Positions 39,664 to 48,492 of a DNA stretch of 51,465 bases are shown here, piece after piece. The first letter of the stretch is position 1, and every line of letters starts with the position of its first letter. The notes under the pieces are model-generated. The model saw only the letters and a list, made by a program, of their open reading frames with translations. It had not been told where the DNA came from and searched no databases. Both the position numbers and the translations under genes were made by a program. The DNA comes from Theionarchaea archaeon (GTDB lineage: Archaea > Methanobacteriota_B > Thermococci > Methanofastidiosales > SZ-28-30). The DNA lies in NCBI GenBank assembly GCA_018992565.1, contig JACVGW010000011.1, positions 1 through 51,465 on the forward strand. Direction: 5' to 3'.

Positions 39664-40482
39664 ATGGACGTGACAGCTGAATCCTTACTCAACCAGTTGC
39701 TGGCAGAAGACATTGGATTTGGGGACATCACATCTCACCTGCTGGGAGATGAGAGGGGAAAAGCTTACATCATAGCCAAGGAGAGCTGCATTCTCTCAGG
39801 TGTTGCATTTGCGGAGTACTTGTTTGAAATGAGAGGAGCTGAGTGCAACCTTCTCTGTACTGAGGGACAGAAAATACCTGATAGAACCAGGATCTTAACT
39901 GTTGAAGGACTGTATAGAACTATATTTGAGGTGGAACGGACAGCACTAAACCTCATAACCAGGATGTCCGGCATTGCTACCCAGACTCGAATGCTGGTTG
40001 ATATGGTCCATGAGGTCAATCCTCACTGCAGGGTGGCTGCCACCAGGAAGACTGTTCTACGATACTTCGACAAGAAAGCGGTGATAACAGGAGGCGGAGA
40101 TCCTCACAGATTCAGGCTGGACGACATGATTCTCATAAAGGACAACCATGTAAGACTACTGGGGATTGAAGAGGCTCTTACCCGGGCCAGACGACTTTCT
40201 TTCTCGAAGAAGGTAGAAATCGAAGTCTCTACAATAGAAGATGCTGTTACTGCCTGTAAATGTGGGGCTGACATTATCATGCTGGACAACATGGATTTTG
40301 ACACCACCAAGAACGCAGTTGATGCCGTGAAGGAGATCTCGTCGAGTATACTGGTGGAGGCTTCGGGGAACATAACTCGGGAGAATATTACCAGATATGC
40401 TGAAACAGGTGTTGATATTATCTCATTGGGTGCTTTGACCCATTCTGTCAGGGCAATCAATATGAGCCTGGAGGTTATGTAG
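39664..40482 (+). CDS. nadC: Nicotinate-nucleotide pyrophosphorylase (quinolinate PRTase)
   Basis: ED...GDITS, ERTALN, ATRKT, HR..L.D.ILIKDNH, EIEV, IMLDN, EASG, ISLGALTH. Confidence 0.95.
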   Translation: MDVTAESLLNQLLAEDIGFGDITSHLLGDERGKAYIIAKESCILSGVAFAEYLFEMRGAECNLLCTEGQKIPDRTRILTVEGLYRTIFEVERTALNLITRMSGIATQTRMLVDMVHEVNPHCRVAATRKTVLRYFDKKAVITGGGDPHRFRLDDMILIKDNHVRLLGIEEALTRARRLSFSKKVEIEVSTIEDAVTACKCGADIIMLDNMDFDTTKNAVDAVKEISSSILVEASGNITRENITRYAETGVDIISLGALTHSVRAINMSLEVM

Positions 40483-40569
40483 TGAAGTCAAAGAAAAAGA
40501 TGTACAACAGTTATTTTAATGAATGTTCTTCTGATTACCTCATATGTAAGAACAGGTGTACGCATTGGG

Positions 40570-41337
40570 ATGATTCAGGTAACTGATCTTGTCACGCTCA
40601 GGCTGTGTCCATACCGGTTCTACCTCGAGAAGATACAGAAGAAAAAGGTTCCCACCACTCAAGAAATGTACCTCGGTACAGTCTACCACAAGATAGCTGA
40701 AGAGACAGTACGGCGGGAGAGCCAGATCATAGCAGAACTGAAGCCAGGATGCAGATCCCGTCAGGTCTTTGATCTCCTGTATATGGAATACTGCAGAGTA
40801 ATACGAAATGTCATCTTGAGAAGAAAACTCAAGTTGACGTCATTGAATATTGATTGTGAATCCTTGCTGCAAGAGCTAAGGGAGTTCTACAAGGAAGCTG
40901 CACTTCAAAAGGCTCTCTCTGTGAAGAAAGCACTTGAAAAAAAGGAAGAAGGTATCATTGTGGGGGACGTGGAGTATTATATTGAGGATACAGATTTGGG
41001 GTTACTGGGAAGGGTTGATCGTATCGAAATCCATGGCGATGTTTTGCTCCCTGTGGAGATTAAGACAGTTGAGAAGAAGAGACCAGCCTTCAGTGAAGTG
41101 CTGCAGCTTGCAGGATATGCCTTGCTGTTGGAGAGGGAGAGATGCACTGCAGTGAAAAGAGGGATAATTGAATATCCTTCTACCAGGATTCTGGTGGATA
41201 TCCCGGACAACCTCAAGGAGTATATTATGAAATTGAGAGATCATGCTTTGCAGATCTTGGGTGGGGAAGTCCCTGAAAAGGTGAGAACAGACAAGTGTGA
41301 TAGATGTCATTTCTTTGAGACGTGCTGGCAGAGATGA
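40570..41337 (+). CDS. Solo Cas4-like PD-(D/E)XK nuclease with 4Fe-4S Cys motif
   Basis: CPYRFYL, GTVYH, GRVDRI, PVEIKT, QLAGYALL, CDRCHFFETC. Confidence 0.88.
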   Translation: MIQVTDLVTLRLCPYRFYLEKIQKKKVPTTQEMYLGTVYHKIAEETVRRESQIIAELKPGCRSRQVFDLLYMEYCRVIRNVILRRKLKLTSLNIDCESLLQELREFYKEAALQKALSVKKALEKKEEGIIVGDVEYYIEDTDLGLLGRVDRIEIHGDVLLPVEIKTVEKKRPAFSEVLQLAGYALLLERERCTAVKRGIIEYPSTRILVDIPDNLKEYIMKLRDHALQILGGEVPEKVRTDKCDRCHFFETCWQR

Positions 41338-41519
41338 TTCTAATCTCATGCCCATGTTGCTTATGCACGGAACTGCTTCATGAGAATTGCAATGGATCTT
41401 CTGTCTCTAAGTAAGACTTTCTCTGGAGAGACGACCAGAGATGTCAATGTGCGATTGATGAACTCATAGAACTGCCGAGGAGAAGATCTGACCTTGAAAG
41501 AATCTTCTCTTGACACTTC

Positions 41520-42002
41520 TCATGTATTGCGCCTGAACTTCATTACATACACGAACAATGCAACCAATAGCGATCCGCCACAAAAGAGATACATGTAAAA
41601 GGGAGATACAAGATACAATGGATTTCCCTTAAGAGGGTAAAATGGATTCATTTTCCTGTATATAAGTGAATCAATAACAATATGAAAGTAAAATCCAAAA
41701 AAGGAACTCCACAGGATCATCTTGAAAGATGAGTCCTGCTGCAGGGTGAAATCAGCCATTATTCCTCTAATTCTATCCCGCAGTAGATACATGACAATTG
41801 CTGTGACTACTGCCAGTGACGAGCTGCCCGTAAAGCTATGAAAGAGCCCGTGAGTGGGATAGTCTAATGACAGCCCACGGACCAGGAGTGGTTCGAAGTC
41901 AATGACTGTAGTGGCTGTCAATAACGTGGGGAAATCAAATCGTCTGAACCAGGTCAATCCAATCAAAGACGTAGGTCCCCAGTGGAATGGTGTAAATGGC
42001 AT
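41520..42002 (-). CDS. Membrane-bound metal-dependent hydrolase-like protein (DUF4184/YdjM-like)
   Basis: MPFTPFH.GP, IDFEP, HGLFHS, HIVIDS...MNPFYP. Confidence 0.8.
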   Translation of the reverse strand: MPFTPFHWGPTSLIGLTWFRRFDFPTLLTATTVIDFEPLLVRGLSLDYPTHGLFHSFTGSSSLAVVTAIVMYLLRDRIRGIMADFTLQQDSSFKMILWSSFFGFYFHIVIDSLIYRKMNPFYPLKGNPLYLVSPFYMYLFCGGSLLVALFVYVMKFRRNT

Positions 42003-42194
42003 AGCGCCGTCTACTTGGTACCACATAAGTAGTTATGTGTTGTTCGGTCCACTCAACATTGTCAGACCAATTCTGAGAGAGTGTAAGAACTCACTGGACA
42101 TAGACACTGTGCCAATATCGTTACTGACAACGTGTGCCGCATGCAACACGATGGTGTATCAGAACGCTGTCTAGAGGTACCAGAAAGGAAGCAT

Positions 42195-43628
42195 CTACTT
42201 CTTCAGCGTGAGGACTGCACCAAGAGCTACCAGAATTGAGATGAGCAGTGTTCCTGTACATATCTGAGGACCCTGTGGACATCCATTATTGCTGAAAGGA
42301 CCTGATCTGTCCGGGCAACCGTCCAGGCAGTCGTTGACACCATCTCCATCTGAGTCTTTAGGACATCCCATTGAGTCCACAATTCGACAGTCTGGATTAT
42401 AGCACTGATCCTGGTCATCAGGGACTCCGTCGTAATCAGAATCGAGCGAGGGACAGCCATCATCTTGCTGGCCATATTGGTCCGGACATTGATCGCTGCA
42501 GTCATCAAGCCCATCATCATCCGAATCCTTGGGACAACCCTGCGCATCTACCAGTGCACATTCCGGATTGAAGCATTGATCCTGATTGTCAGGTATGCCA
42601 TCTCCATCTGCATCAGCCTCTGTGTCAGGAGTACTTTCTGGACATCCATAGTTCGTGGAGGGGCCCGCTTCTCTGAGGCATCGATCATCGCAATCATCTA
42701 CTCCGTCACCATCAGTGTCTTTTGGACATCCTTGAGAGTCAACGACACTGCATCCCGGGTTGTAGCACCCGTCACTGGTGTCAGGAACACCATCTGAATC
42801 TCTATCTGCTTCTTCAGAAGCCTGTGTTGCAGCCCATTCGAAGATGCTCAATCCAAGTCTTTCGTTGTCTCCGTAGACAAGGAATCCATCGTGTGCACCA
42901 AATCGTCTGCTTCCTCCTACAAGAAAGTCTTTATCTCCAACTGCCAGGACTTTACCCGCTCCGTGCTCTGCAACAGCAAGGACAATAACATCCTCACCCT
43001 CCAGACTGCCCGCTTCTGTCGTTGGATTGCCCATGGCCAGCCCAAGTGCAGGAGAGGAGACATCGAGAGAACATCCTTCTATGTATCCAAAGTCAAATAT
43101 ATTATATGTTACAGGATGACGTCTGAAGGTTCTGATTATCACAAACCTCTCTGCGTACCTGGAGGCTGTTTCCGTGTCAGGAATCTGGTTTTCTGGTTCA
43201 GGATCAGATACGATGTCAGCATTAAACTCTATTCCGAACATGGTAGAAATGCTGTTGATAGGATCGAGAATACCCTGGGACGTCATTGTTCCTCCCACTT
43301 CCCCAAAGATGAGGAGACTTCCTCCTTCTTCCACAAAATCACGTATTGCTTCTTTTTCGTAATCTTCGAAGTCTCGACTGGGAGCAAGTAAGACCAAGAT
43401 GCTGTAGCCTGCCAGGAGATAAGAATCAATCTTCTCGTCAGAATAATCCGAAATGTAACCTTCTCTATCCAGTGCCATTATGAATCTGGAGAATTGCAGA
43501 CTTGGTTTCCATTCGGCATGATATTCATCAAAAAGTATTCGTGTTCCCTGTTGACCAGATTGAACTCCCGTAGTGAAGAGTGACAGGAGAACGAACCCAA
43601 TCATGATGTAGCAGATATTCCGTGTCAT
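42195..43628 (-). CDS. Cell-surface protein: DUF4350/GATase-like domain, thrombospondin type-3-like Ca-binding repeats and C-terminal anchor
   Basis: Signal peptide; ILFDEYH; repeated DxDxDGVxDxxDxC...GCP; ends ICTGT-hydrophobic-KK. Confidence 0.85.
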   Translation of the reverse strand: MTRNICYIMIGFVLLSLFTTGVQSGQQGTRILFDEYHAEWKPSLQFSRFIMALDREGYISDYSDEKIDSYLLAGYSILVLLAPSRDFEDYEKEAIRDFVEEGGSLLIFGEVGGTMTSQGILDPINSISTMFGIEFNADIVSDPEPENQIPDTETASRYAERFVIIRTFRRHPVTYNIFDFGYIEGCSLDVSSPALGLAMGNPTTEAGSLEGEDVIVLAVAEHGAGKVLAVGDKDFLVGGSRRFGAHDGFLVYGDNERLGLSIFEWAATQASEEADRDSDGVPDTSDGCYNPGCSVVDSQGCPKDTDGDGVDDCDDRCLREAGPSTNYGCPESTPDTEADADGDGIPDNQDQCFNPECALVDAQGCPKDSDDDGLDDCSDQCPDQYGQQDDGCPSLDSDYDGVPDDQDQCYNPDCRIVDSMGCPKDSDGDGVNDCLDGCPDRSGPFSNNGCPQGPQICTGTLLISILVALGAVLTLKK

Positions 43629-43971
43629 GATAAACCCTCCATGTTCTACAGAAGGTGTACTATAAAAGCTTTTTGATAGTGATGATGATATTTGTTGCGC
43701 GTTTTATCGTTCCATATCTTTTTGGATTGAATTCAAAGGAATAAGTAAATTTAAGGGCAACCCGAACAACTGAATAATCAGGAGCCAGAGGAGAAAGACA
43801 ATAACCGACAAAGTGAAGAGCCACACCCACCAATATGCCCCTGAATAACAGTATCAAAACCTGCACTAGTAATCAGACTGATGAAAGTGCTCTCATTGCA
43901 TTCCACTCTCTCCTGAAGAGATTCCCCGCCAATAAAAGGCACGCTTTTAAGCAGCAGTATATATCTGAATC

Positions 43972-44532
43972 ATGAACTGCGCAGAATGTACAGCCAAGGA
44001 ATGCTACAGAGGAAAATCCTGCGTTGCCTTTACAGACAAGATCACATGCAAAATAGCAGGTGAAGACCTTGACCTCATGAGAGCCGCTTCCTTCATTGAA
44101 AGCCACTACTACAAGAAGAAGACCCGCATGGAAGAAGTCATCTTGTTTGCCAAAGAAATGGGTTACGAAAAATTGGGCCTTGCTTTTTGCATTGGATTAT
44201 CTGGAGAAGCAGAAAAAATCCAGCATATTCTAAAAAAAGAGTTTACAGTAATTTCAGTGTGCTGTAAGGTATGTGGCATTTCCAAAGACGATTTTGGCAT
44301 GGACAAAGTTGAGTCAGAGGAATTTGAAGCTACCTGCAACCCCATAGGCCAGGCCACCGTCTTGAACGAAGAAGAGACAGATCTCAATATCGTGGTGGGG
44401 TTATGTGTGGGACATGATACACTGTTCTACAAGCATTCAAAAGCTCCTGTTACCACATTGGCCGTTAAGGACCGGGTTTTAGCCCACAATCCATTGGGAT
44501 ATATCTACTCTGATTACTATCGTTCCCCCTGA
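43972..44532 (+). CDS. DUF1847 family metal-binding protein
   Basis: TRMEE, GLAFCIGL, CCKV, CNPIGQA, GLCVGHD, KDRVLAHNP. Confidence 0.9.
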   Translation: MNCAECTAKECYRGKSCVAFTDKITCKIAGEDLDLMRAASFIESHYYKKKTRMEEVILFAKEMGYEKLGLAFCIGLSGEAEKIQHILKKEFTVISVCCKVCGISKDDFGMDKVESEEFEATCNPIGQATVLNEEETDLNIVVGLCVGHDTLFYKHSKAPVTTLAVKDRVLAHNPLGYIYSDYYRSP

Positions 44533-44683
44533 GTTGTTAGGTTCATCTCTTTTCCTCTTGTTGATTGACCTATTTTCAGTACAAAATGGGATATCGTCGT
44601 AGAGATTTTCTTCACTTTGTTCCATATGAGGCCAACCTCGCAAATATTTATAAAGGATCACCGCAAAGACATTGTGGATTCCC

Positions 44684-45367
44684 ATGAAAAAAATTGCTAT
44701 CATTGGTGGAACCGGAGACCTTGGATACGGACTGGCCCTGCGCTGGGCAAAGGCAGGGAAGCAGATAGTCATAGGGTCCAGGCAGGAAGAAAAAGCAGTT
44801 AAAGCAGCTGAAGAAATAAGGAAAGTCCTTGGTGAAGGTGTGACTGTATCAGGAATGGGCAATTTCGAAGCCACCAAGAGTGCTCAGATCATTGTTCTTT
44901 CTGTCCCTTTCCAGTTTCTTGTTCCCACTATGAGACAGATTCGGGATGCAATAGAAGAAGGCGACACTCTCATTAGCGTTATTGTGCCCCTTGCGGTTGA
45001 GATCGGAGGATTCTCTCCCACACAGGTGGTTACTCCCTGGCAAGGTTCTGCAGCTGAGCTGGTGCAGTCTCTGGCCCCTCCTGGGGCACAGGTGGTCAGT
45101 GCCTTCCAGAATATGAGTGCATACAGACTTCAAGATGTAGAGAACGAAGTGGACTGTGATGCAATTGTCTCGGGTCCAAAGAATGCTCGAAAAGAAGTCA
45201 TGGAGCTTGCCAGACTAATTCCAGGTGTACGGGGGATCGATGGAGGGCGACTTGACTACGCTCGATTGGTAGAACCCATCACCGCACTTTTAATTGGTTT
45301 GAATATCCGTTATAAGAACAGAGAAGGAATTGGAATCCGCTTTACATATGTAAATGAGGAGATATAG
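44684..45367 (+). CDS. npdG: NADPH-dependent F420 reductase
   Basis: IIGGTGDLGYGLA.RW, IGSR..KA, SAAE, SAFQN, GIDGG.L, LI.LN.RYK. Confidence 0.9.
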   Translation: MKKIAIIGGTGDLGYGLALRWAKAGKQIVIGSRQEEKAVKAAEEIRKVLGEGVTVSGMGNFEATKSAQIIVLSVPFQFLVPTMRQIRDAIEEGDTLISVIVPLAVEIGGFSPTQVVTPWQGSAAELVQSLAPPGAQVVSAFQNMSAYRLQDVENEVDCDAIVSGPKNARKEVMELARLIPGVRGIDGGRLDYARLVEPITALLIGLNIRYKNREGIGIRFTYVNEEI

Positions 45368-45412
45368 CCCGAAAGCTTTTTAAAGCTAAAAAAAAGAGAG
45401 GGATGTGATAAT

Positions 45413-45667
45413 ATGACACGTGCATATGTCCTTATAAGGTCCATGAGTCCTGACACTGACCTGCTGGCAGAAAAGATCAAAACGATTGGAGGCATCATTG
45501 ATGCCTGTGCTGTATATGGTAGTTATGATATTATTCTGGAGCTGGAAGCTAAGAATCTGAAAAGGCTAAGAGACAAAATCATTGAGATCAGAGAGCTTGA
45601 AGATATTGGTGAGACAAAGACGCTGATTCAAATGGAAGAAGGAGAAGAGAATTCTGAGGGTGATTAG
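45413..45667 (+). CDS. Lrp/AsnC ligand-binding (RAM) domain protein
   Basis: AYVLI...VYGSYDII...I.ETKTLI; no HTH. Confidence 0.85.
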   Translation: MTRAYVLIRSMSPDTDLLAEKIKTIGGIIDACAVYGSYDIILELEAKNLKRLRDKIIEIRELEDIGETKTLIQMEEGEENSEGD

Positions 45668-45916
45668 ATGATTAAGGCATTTGTGATCTTAAAGACTGAC
45701 TGCCCAGATATATTTGAATGTGCAGAGAAAGCAACGAAAGTCCCAGGAGTGCTCCGCGCTGTGCCACTGTATGGCGAGGGAGACATCATGATTGAGATGC
45801 TGGTCAAAGACTTGAGGCAATTGAAAGTGAGAAGCAGATTGTTGCGAGTTAATCCCCTGGTTAAGAATACACAGACCTTTCTTTCCATGGATGAGGTAAA
45901 AGGTGAAAGTGAATAG
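45668..45916 (+). CDS. Second Lrp/AsnC ligand-binding domain protein
   Basis: AFVIL...LYGEGDIM...V.NTQTFL; no HTH. Confidence 0.75.
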   Translation: MIKAFVILKTDCPDIFECAEKATKVPGVLRAVPLYGEGDIMIEMLVKDLRQLKVRSRLLRVNPLVKNTQTFLSMDEVKGESE

Positions 45917-46859
45917 AGCACGAGAAGGAGACTTTTTGGAGACGGTGGAAGGTCTTATTTTTGATGTGAAGGGTGTCTGTCACCCTCCAGATCGCGTTAT
46001 CAGTTTTCTAAGGTATATTCCAGACATAAATGGGGAACGGAAGAGGGATGAAAAAAGTTACAGGAAAGTATATGACCTGGGAGAGCGATTTAGAGTTTTG
46101 AGAGAGCAATTTCCGCAATATGTGTATGTTGATCCTGTTTTTAATAGAGAATTACAGGGAGTCTGTCATAGTGATATCTCCAGGATGTACAACCCTGAGA
46201 GAAGACTGAAGCAGATTCTGGAAACCCCACAAAATAAGACAGAGGAGAAGGTCGCGTCTCTGGCGGAGGTTCTGGGGATTCCTGTGGAGAGAATGGGTGT
46301 TTCAGGAAGTGTCCTGGTGGGACTTGATGCGGTAGATTCAGACCTGGATATTATGGTATATGGCGAGGAGTGGTGCCGGCAAGCATATGCGGTACTGAAG
46401 AGGCTGAGGGAGGATGGTGTACTTCAGCCCCTGGATGCTAAAGGGGCACAAGAAAAGGCACTTTTCAGGTGGGGTTCAGATGATGAGGTGCTTGTTGAAC
46501 TGGAGAGAGAAAAGGTGATGCATGGGCTGTTTGAGGGGAGAGAGTACTTTTTCAGGTTCCTAAAAGCAGAAGAAGTACCTTATGGCGATGTGGTGTATCG
46601 GCCGTTACACAAGACATCTATAACGGCTCAGGTTGCAGATGATTCTCAAACCATCTTCACTCCCTGCGTCTACGAGGTTACTGGCTGTTCTGTCACTGGT
46701 GTTGCGCGACTGATCAGTGTGCGGGGGAGGTTTTGTGAGCAGGCATCACGAGGAGATAGTGTTGCAGCCAGGGGCACGTTGGAGAAGGTTGAAGGAAGAG
46801 GAAATGTATTCCTGCAAATCGTCATGCAGGACAGTGATGATTTTCTCATTCCAGAGTAA
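45903..46859 (+). CDS. Predicted archaeal nucleotidyltransferase (COG1665-like)
   Basis: EGDF.ET.EGLIFDVKG..HPP, GVSGS.LVG....SDLDI.VYG. Confidence 0.8.
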   Translation: MKVNRAREGDFLETVEGLIFDVKGVCHPPDRVISFLRYIPDINGERKRDEKSYRKVYDLGERFRVLREQFPQYVYVDPVFNRELQGVCHSDISRMYNPERRLKQILETPQNKTEEKVASLAEVLGIPVERMGVSGSVLVGLDAVDSDLDIMVYGEEWCRQAYAVLKRLREDGVLQPLDAKGAQEKALFRWGSDDEVLVELEREKVMHGLFEGREYFFRFLKAEEVPYGDVVYRPLHKTSITAQVADDSQTIFTPCVYEVTGCSVTGVARLISVRGRFCEQASRGDSVAARGTLEKVEGRGNVFLQIVMQDSDDFLIPE

Positions 46860-46893
46860 GAGGATCTCAAATCGGCATACACATCACACGTCA

Positions 46894-47289
46894 TCACGCC
46901 TCTACTTCATACCCGGCGTCAACCCATGCACGGTAATTCCCCTCAAGACGATATACCTTCGAGAACCCAGCGTCAACCAGACTCTGGGCCGCTTGTATCG
47001 AAACACTGTCACTGTGGCAGTATACAAGGTACATCGCATTCTTGTCCCACGTTGGAATTGCCTTGTCCAGTGACCCATCTCCCACAGGATAATTCACTGC
47101 TCCTGGCAAATGTCCCTGTTCATAGAAGAGGGAAACGTCCACGATAATCAGTCCCGGATTGTCCTCTATAAGGAGTTGTGCTTCGTGAGGTGTAACATCT
47201 GTATAGCCCAATCTTATGCTGCTCTCCTGCTGGAGGCATCCAACACACAAAAGCACTAAGGCTGCCAATAGGCTTGAAAAGCGTTTCAT
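46894..47289 (-). CDS. Rhodanese-like domain lipoprotein
   Basis: Lipobox-like VGC; GHLPGA, VYC, LEGNYRAW. Confidence 0.88.
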   Translation of the reverse strand: MKRFSSLLAALVLLCVGCLQQESSIRLGYTDVTPHEAQLLIEDNPGLIIVDVSLFYEQGHLPGAVNYPVGDGSLDKAIPTWDKNAMYLVYCHSDSVSIQAAQSLVDAGFSKVYRLEGNYRAWVDAGYEVEA

Positions 47290-47410
47290 ATGTCTCACGT
47301 ATCATACACGAATTGAATGATATAAATGCTTCCATTCTAACGTATAAATCCAAATCTCATGGTAGCCGCTAAATGGGGAAAGCAGTATTTTGTGCATCCA
47401 ACATTGTAGA

Positions 47411-48163
47411 CTACAGCTTCTTCAGCTTGAAAATGAGGAAGTGACACATTCTCCAATCATCTTTAAAGGCAGGATATTTCTCGATCATCTCTTGAGAAGG
47501 ACTTGGCTCAGTCAATTCTTCTATGAGAAATCCCGTACTCTTGATTGCTCTGAAATAGCTTGTCAACGTCCTGTGGAAAAGCAGCACTCCATCTTTCGCT
47601 CCTAAAGGGAAGCGCTGTTCATATGGAACTTCGTCAAAGTATCTGTCTACCTTCCAGTACAGCTTCTCACCTTCATCGTTTTTTATCCACTTGCTCTCAG
47701 GGGTGCCAAAGCAGGGGTGAATAATAGAAAGAATCAATACGCCATTTTCCACCAGTAATCGGTTCATCTCATTTAATGCTTTTTCATAGTCTGGCAGGTC
47801 CTGTAAAACCATGTTTGATACAATGATGTCAAAAGCCTCGCTTTCCAGAAAATCAAGATTCTCACAATTGCCGTGGTAATACTCTATTGGATAACTCTCA
47901 GGCGTCCTTTTCTGGGCAATTTCCAGCATTTTTCGTGAGTAATCCACAGCCACGACATGTGCTCCCCTTTCGGTGAGAATACGGCTCAGGTATCCTTCAC
48001 CACATCCTGCATCAAGTATCCTTTTGTGATTCACTGATCCCAAGAATCTGAATAAGACTGGGTTAATCAACACTTCCCGAGAAGGATCACCCAGTGGAGT
48101 AAACCGAGCTGTCAATTCCTCTGCGTGGGTATCCCATCTCCTAATGACTTCTTCCCTATTCAT
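47411..48163 (-). CDS. Class I SAM-dependent methyltransferase
   Basis: ILDAGCGEG, VDYS..ML, FDIIVSNM, HPCF, FHRTL. Confidence 0.92.
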   Translation of the reverse strand: MNREEVIRRWDTHAEELTARFTPLGDPSREVLINPVLFRFLGSVNHKRILDAGCGEGYLSRILTERGAHVVAVDYSRKMLEIAQKRTPESYPIEYYHGNCENLDFLESEAFDIIVSNMVLQDLPDYEKALNEMNRLLVENGVLILSIIHPCFGTPESKWIKNDEGEKLYWKVDRYFDEVPYEQRFPLGAKDGVLLFHRTLTSYFRAIKSTGFLIEELTEPSPSQEMIEKYPAFKDDWRMCHFLIFKLKKL

Positions 48164-48492
48164 TTCATCACCATGTTTTTCCAACAGTCACTTGCCTGAG
48201 AACGTAACCTCCTGGTACCATGCAGCTGTTGCAGCAGTCCCGCAGAACAGGAAGCACCTCAGGTGCCTACTCTATAAGCCGATTTTCTTTTAAAGAGAAT
48301 GATAGGTTTTTGACGGAAAAAAAAGAAGAGCTTACTATTTATATCTTTCTCATTCAGGGACCGTCCTGAGGTCTCTGGAGCAACACTTCACCAATGTAAC
48401 ACGATCCACTCGATGCAGTCCCGTTTTTTGTATCGCCAGAAGGACTACCTATCCAACCATATCTTTTTATATATACATACCAAGAAACTCTA

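Noticed and set aside
43660..43866. 68-aa minus-strand ORF
   Set aside because: No convincing start signal or motif; it runs into the probable promoter of the downstream surface-protein gene
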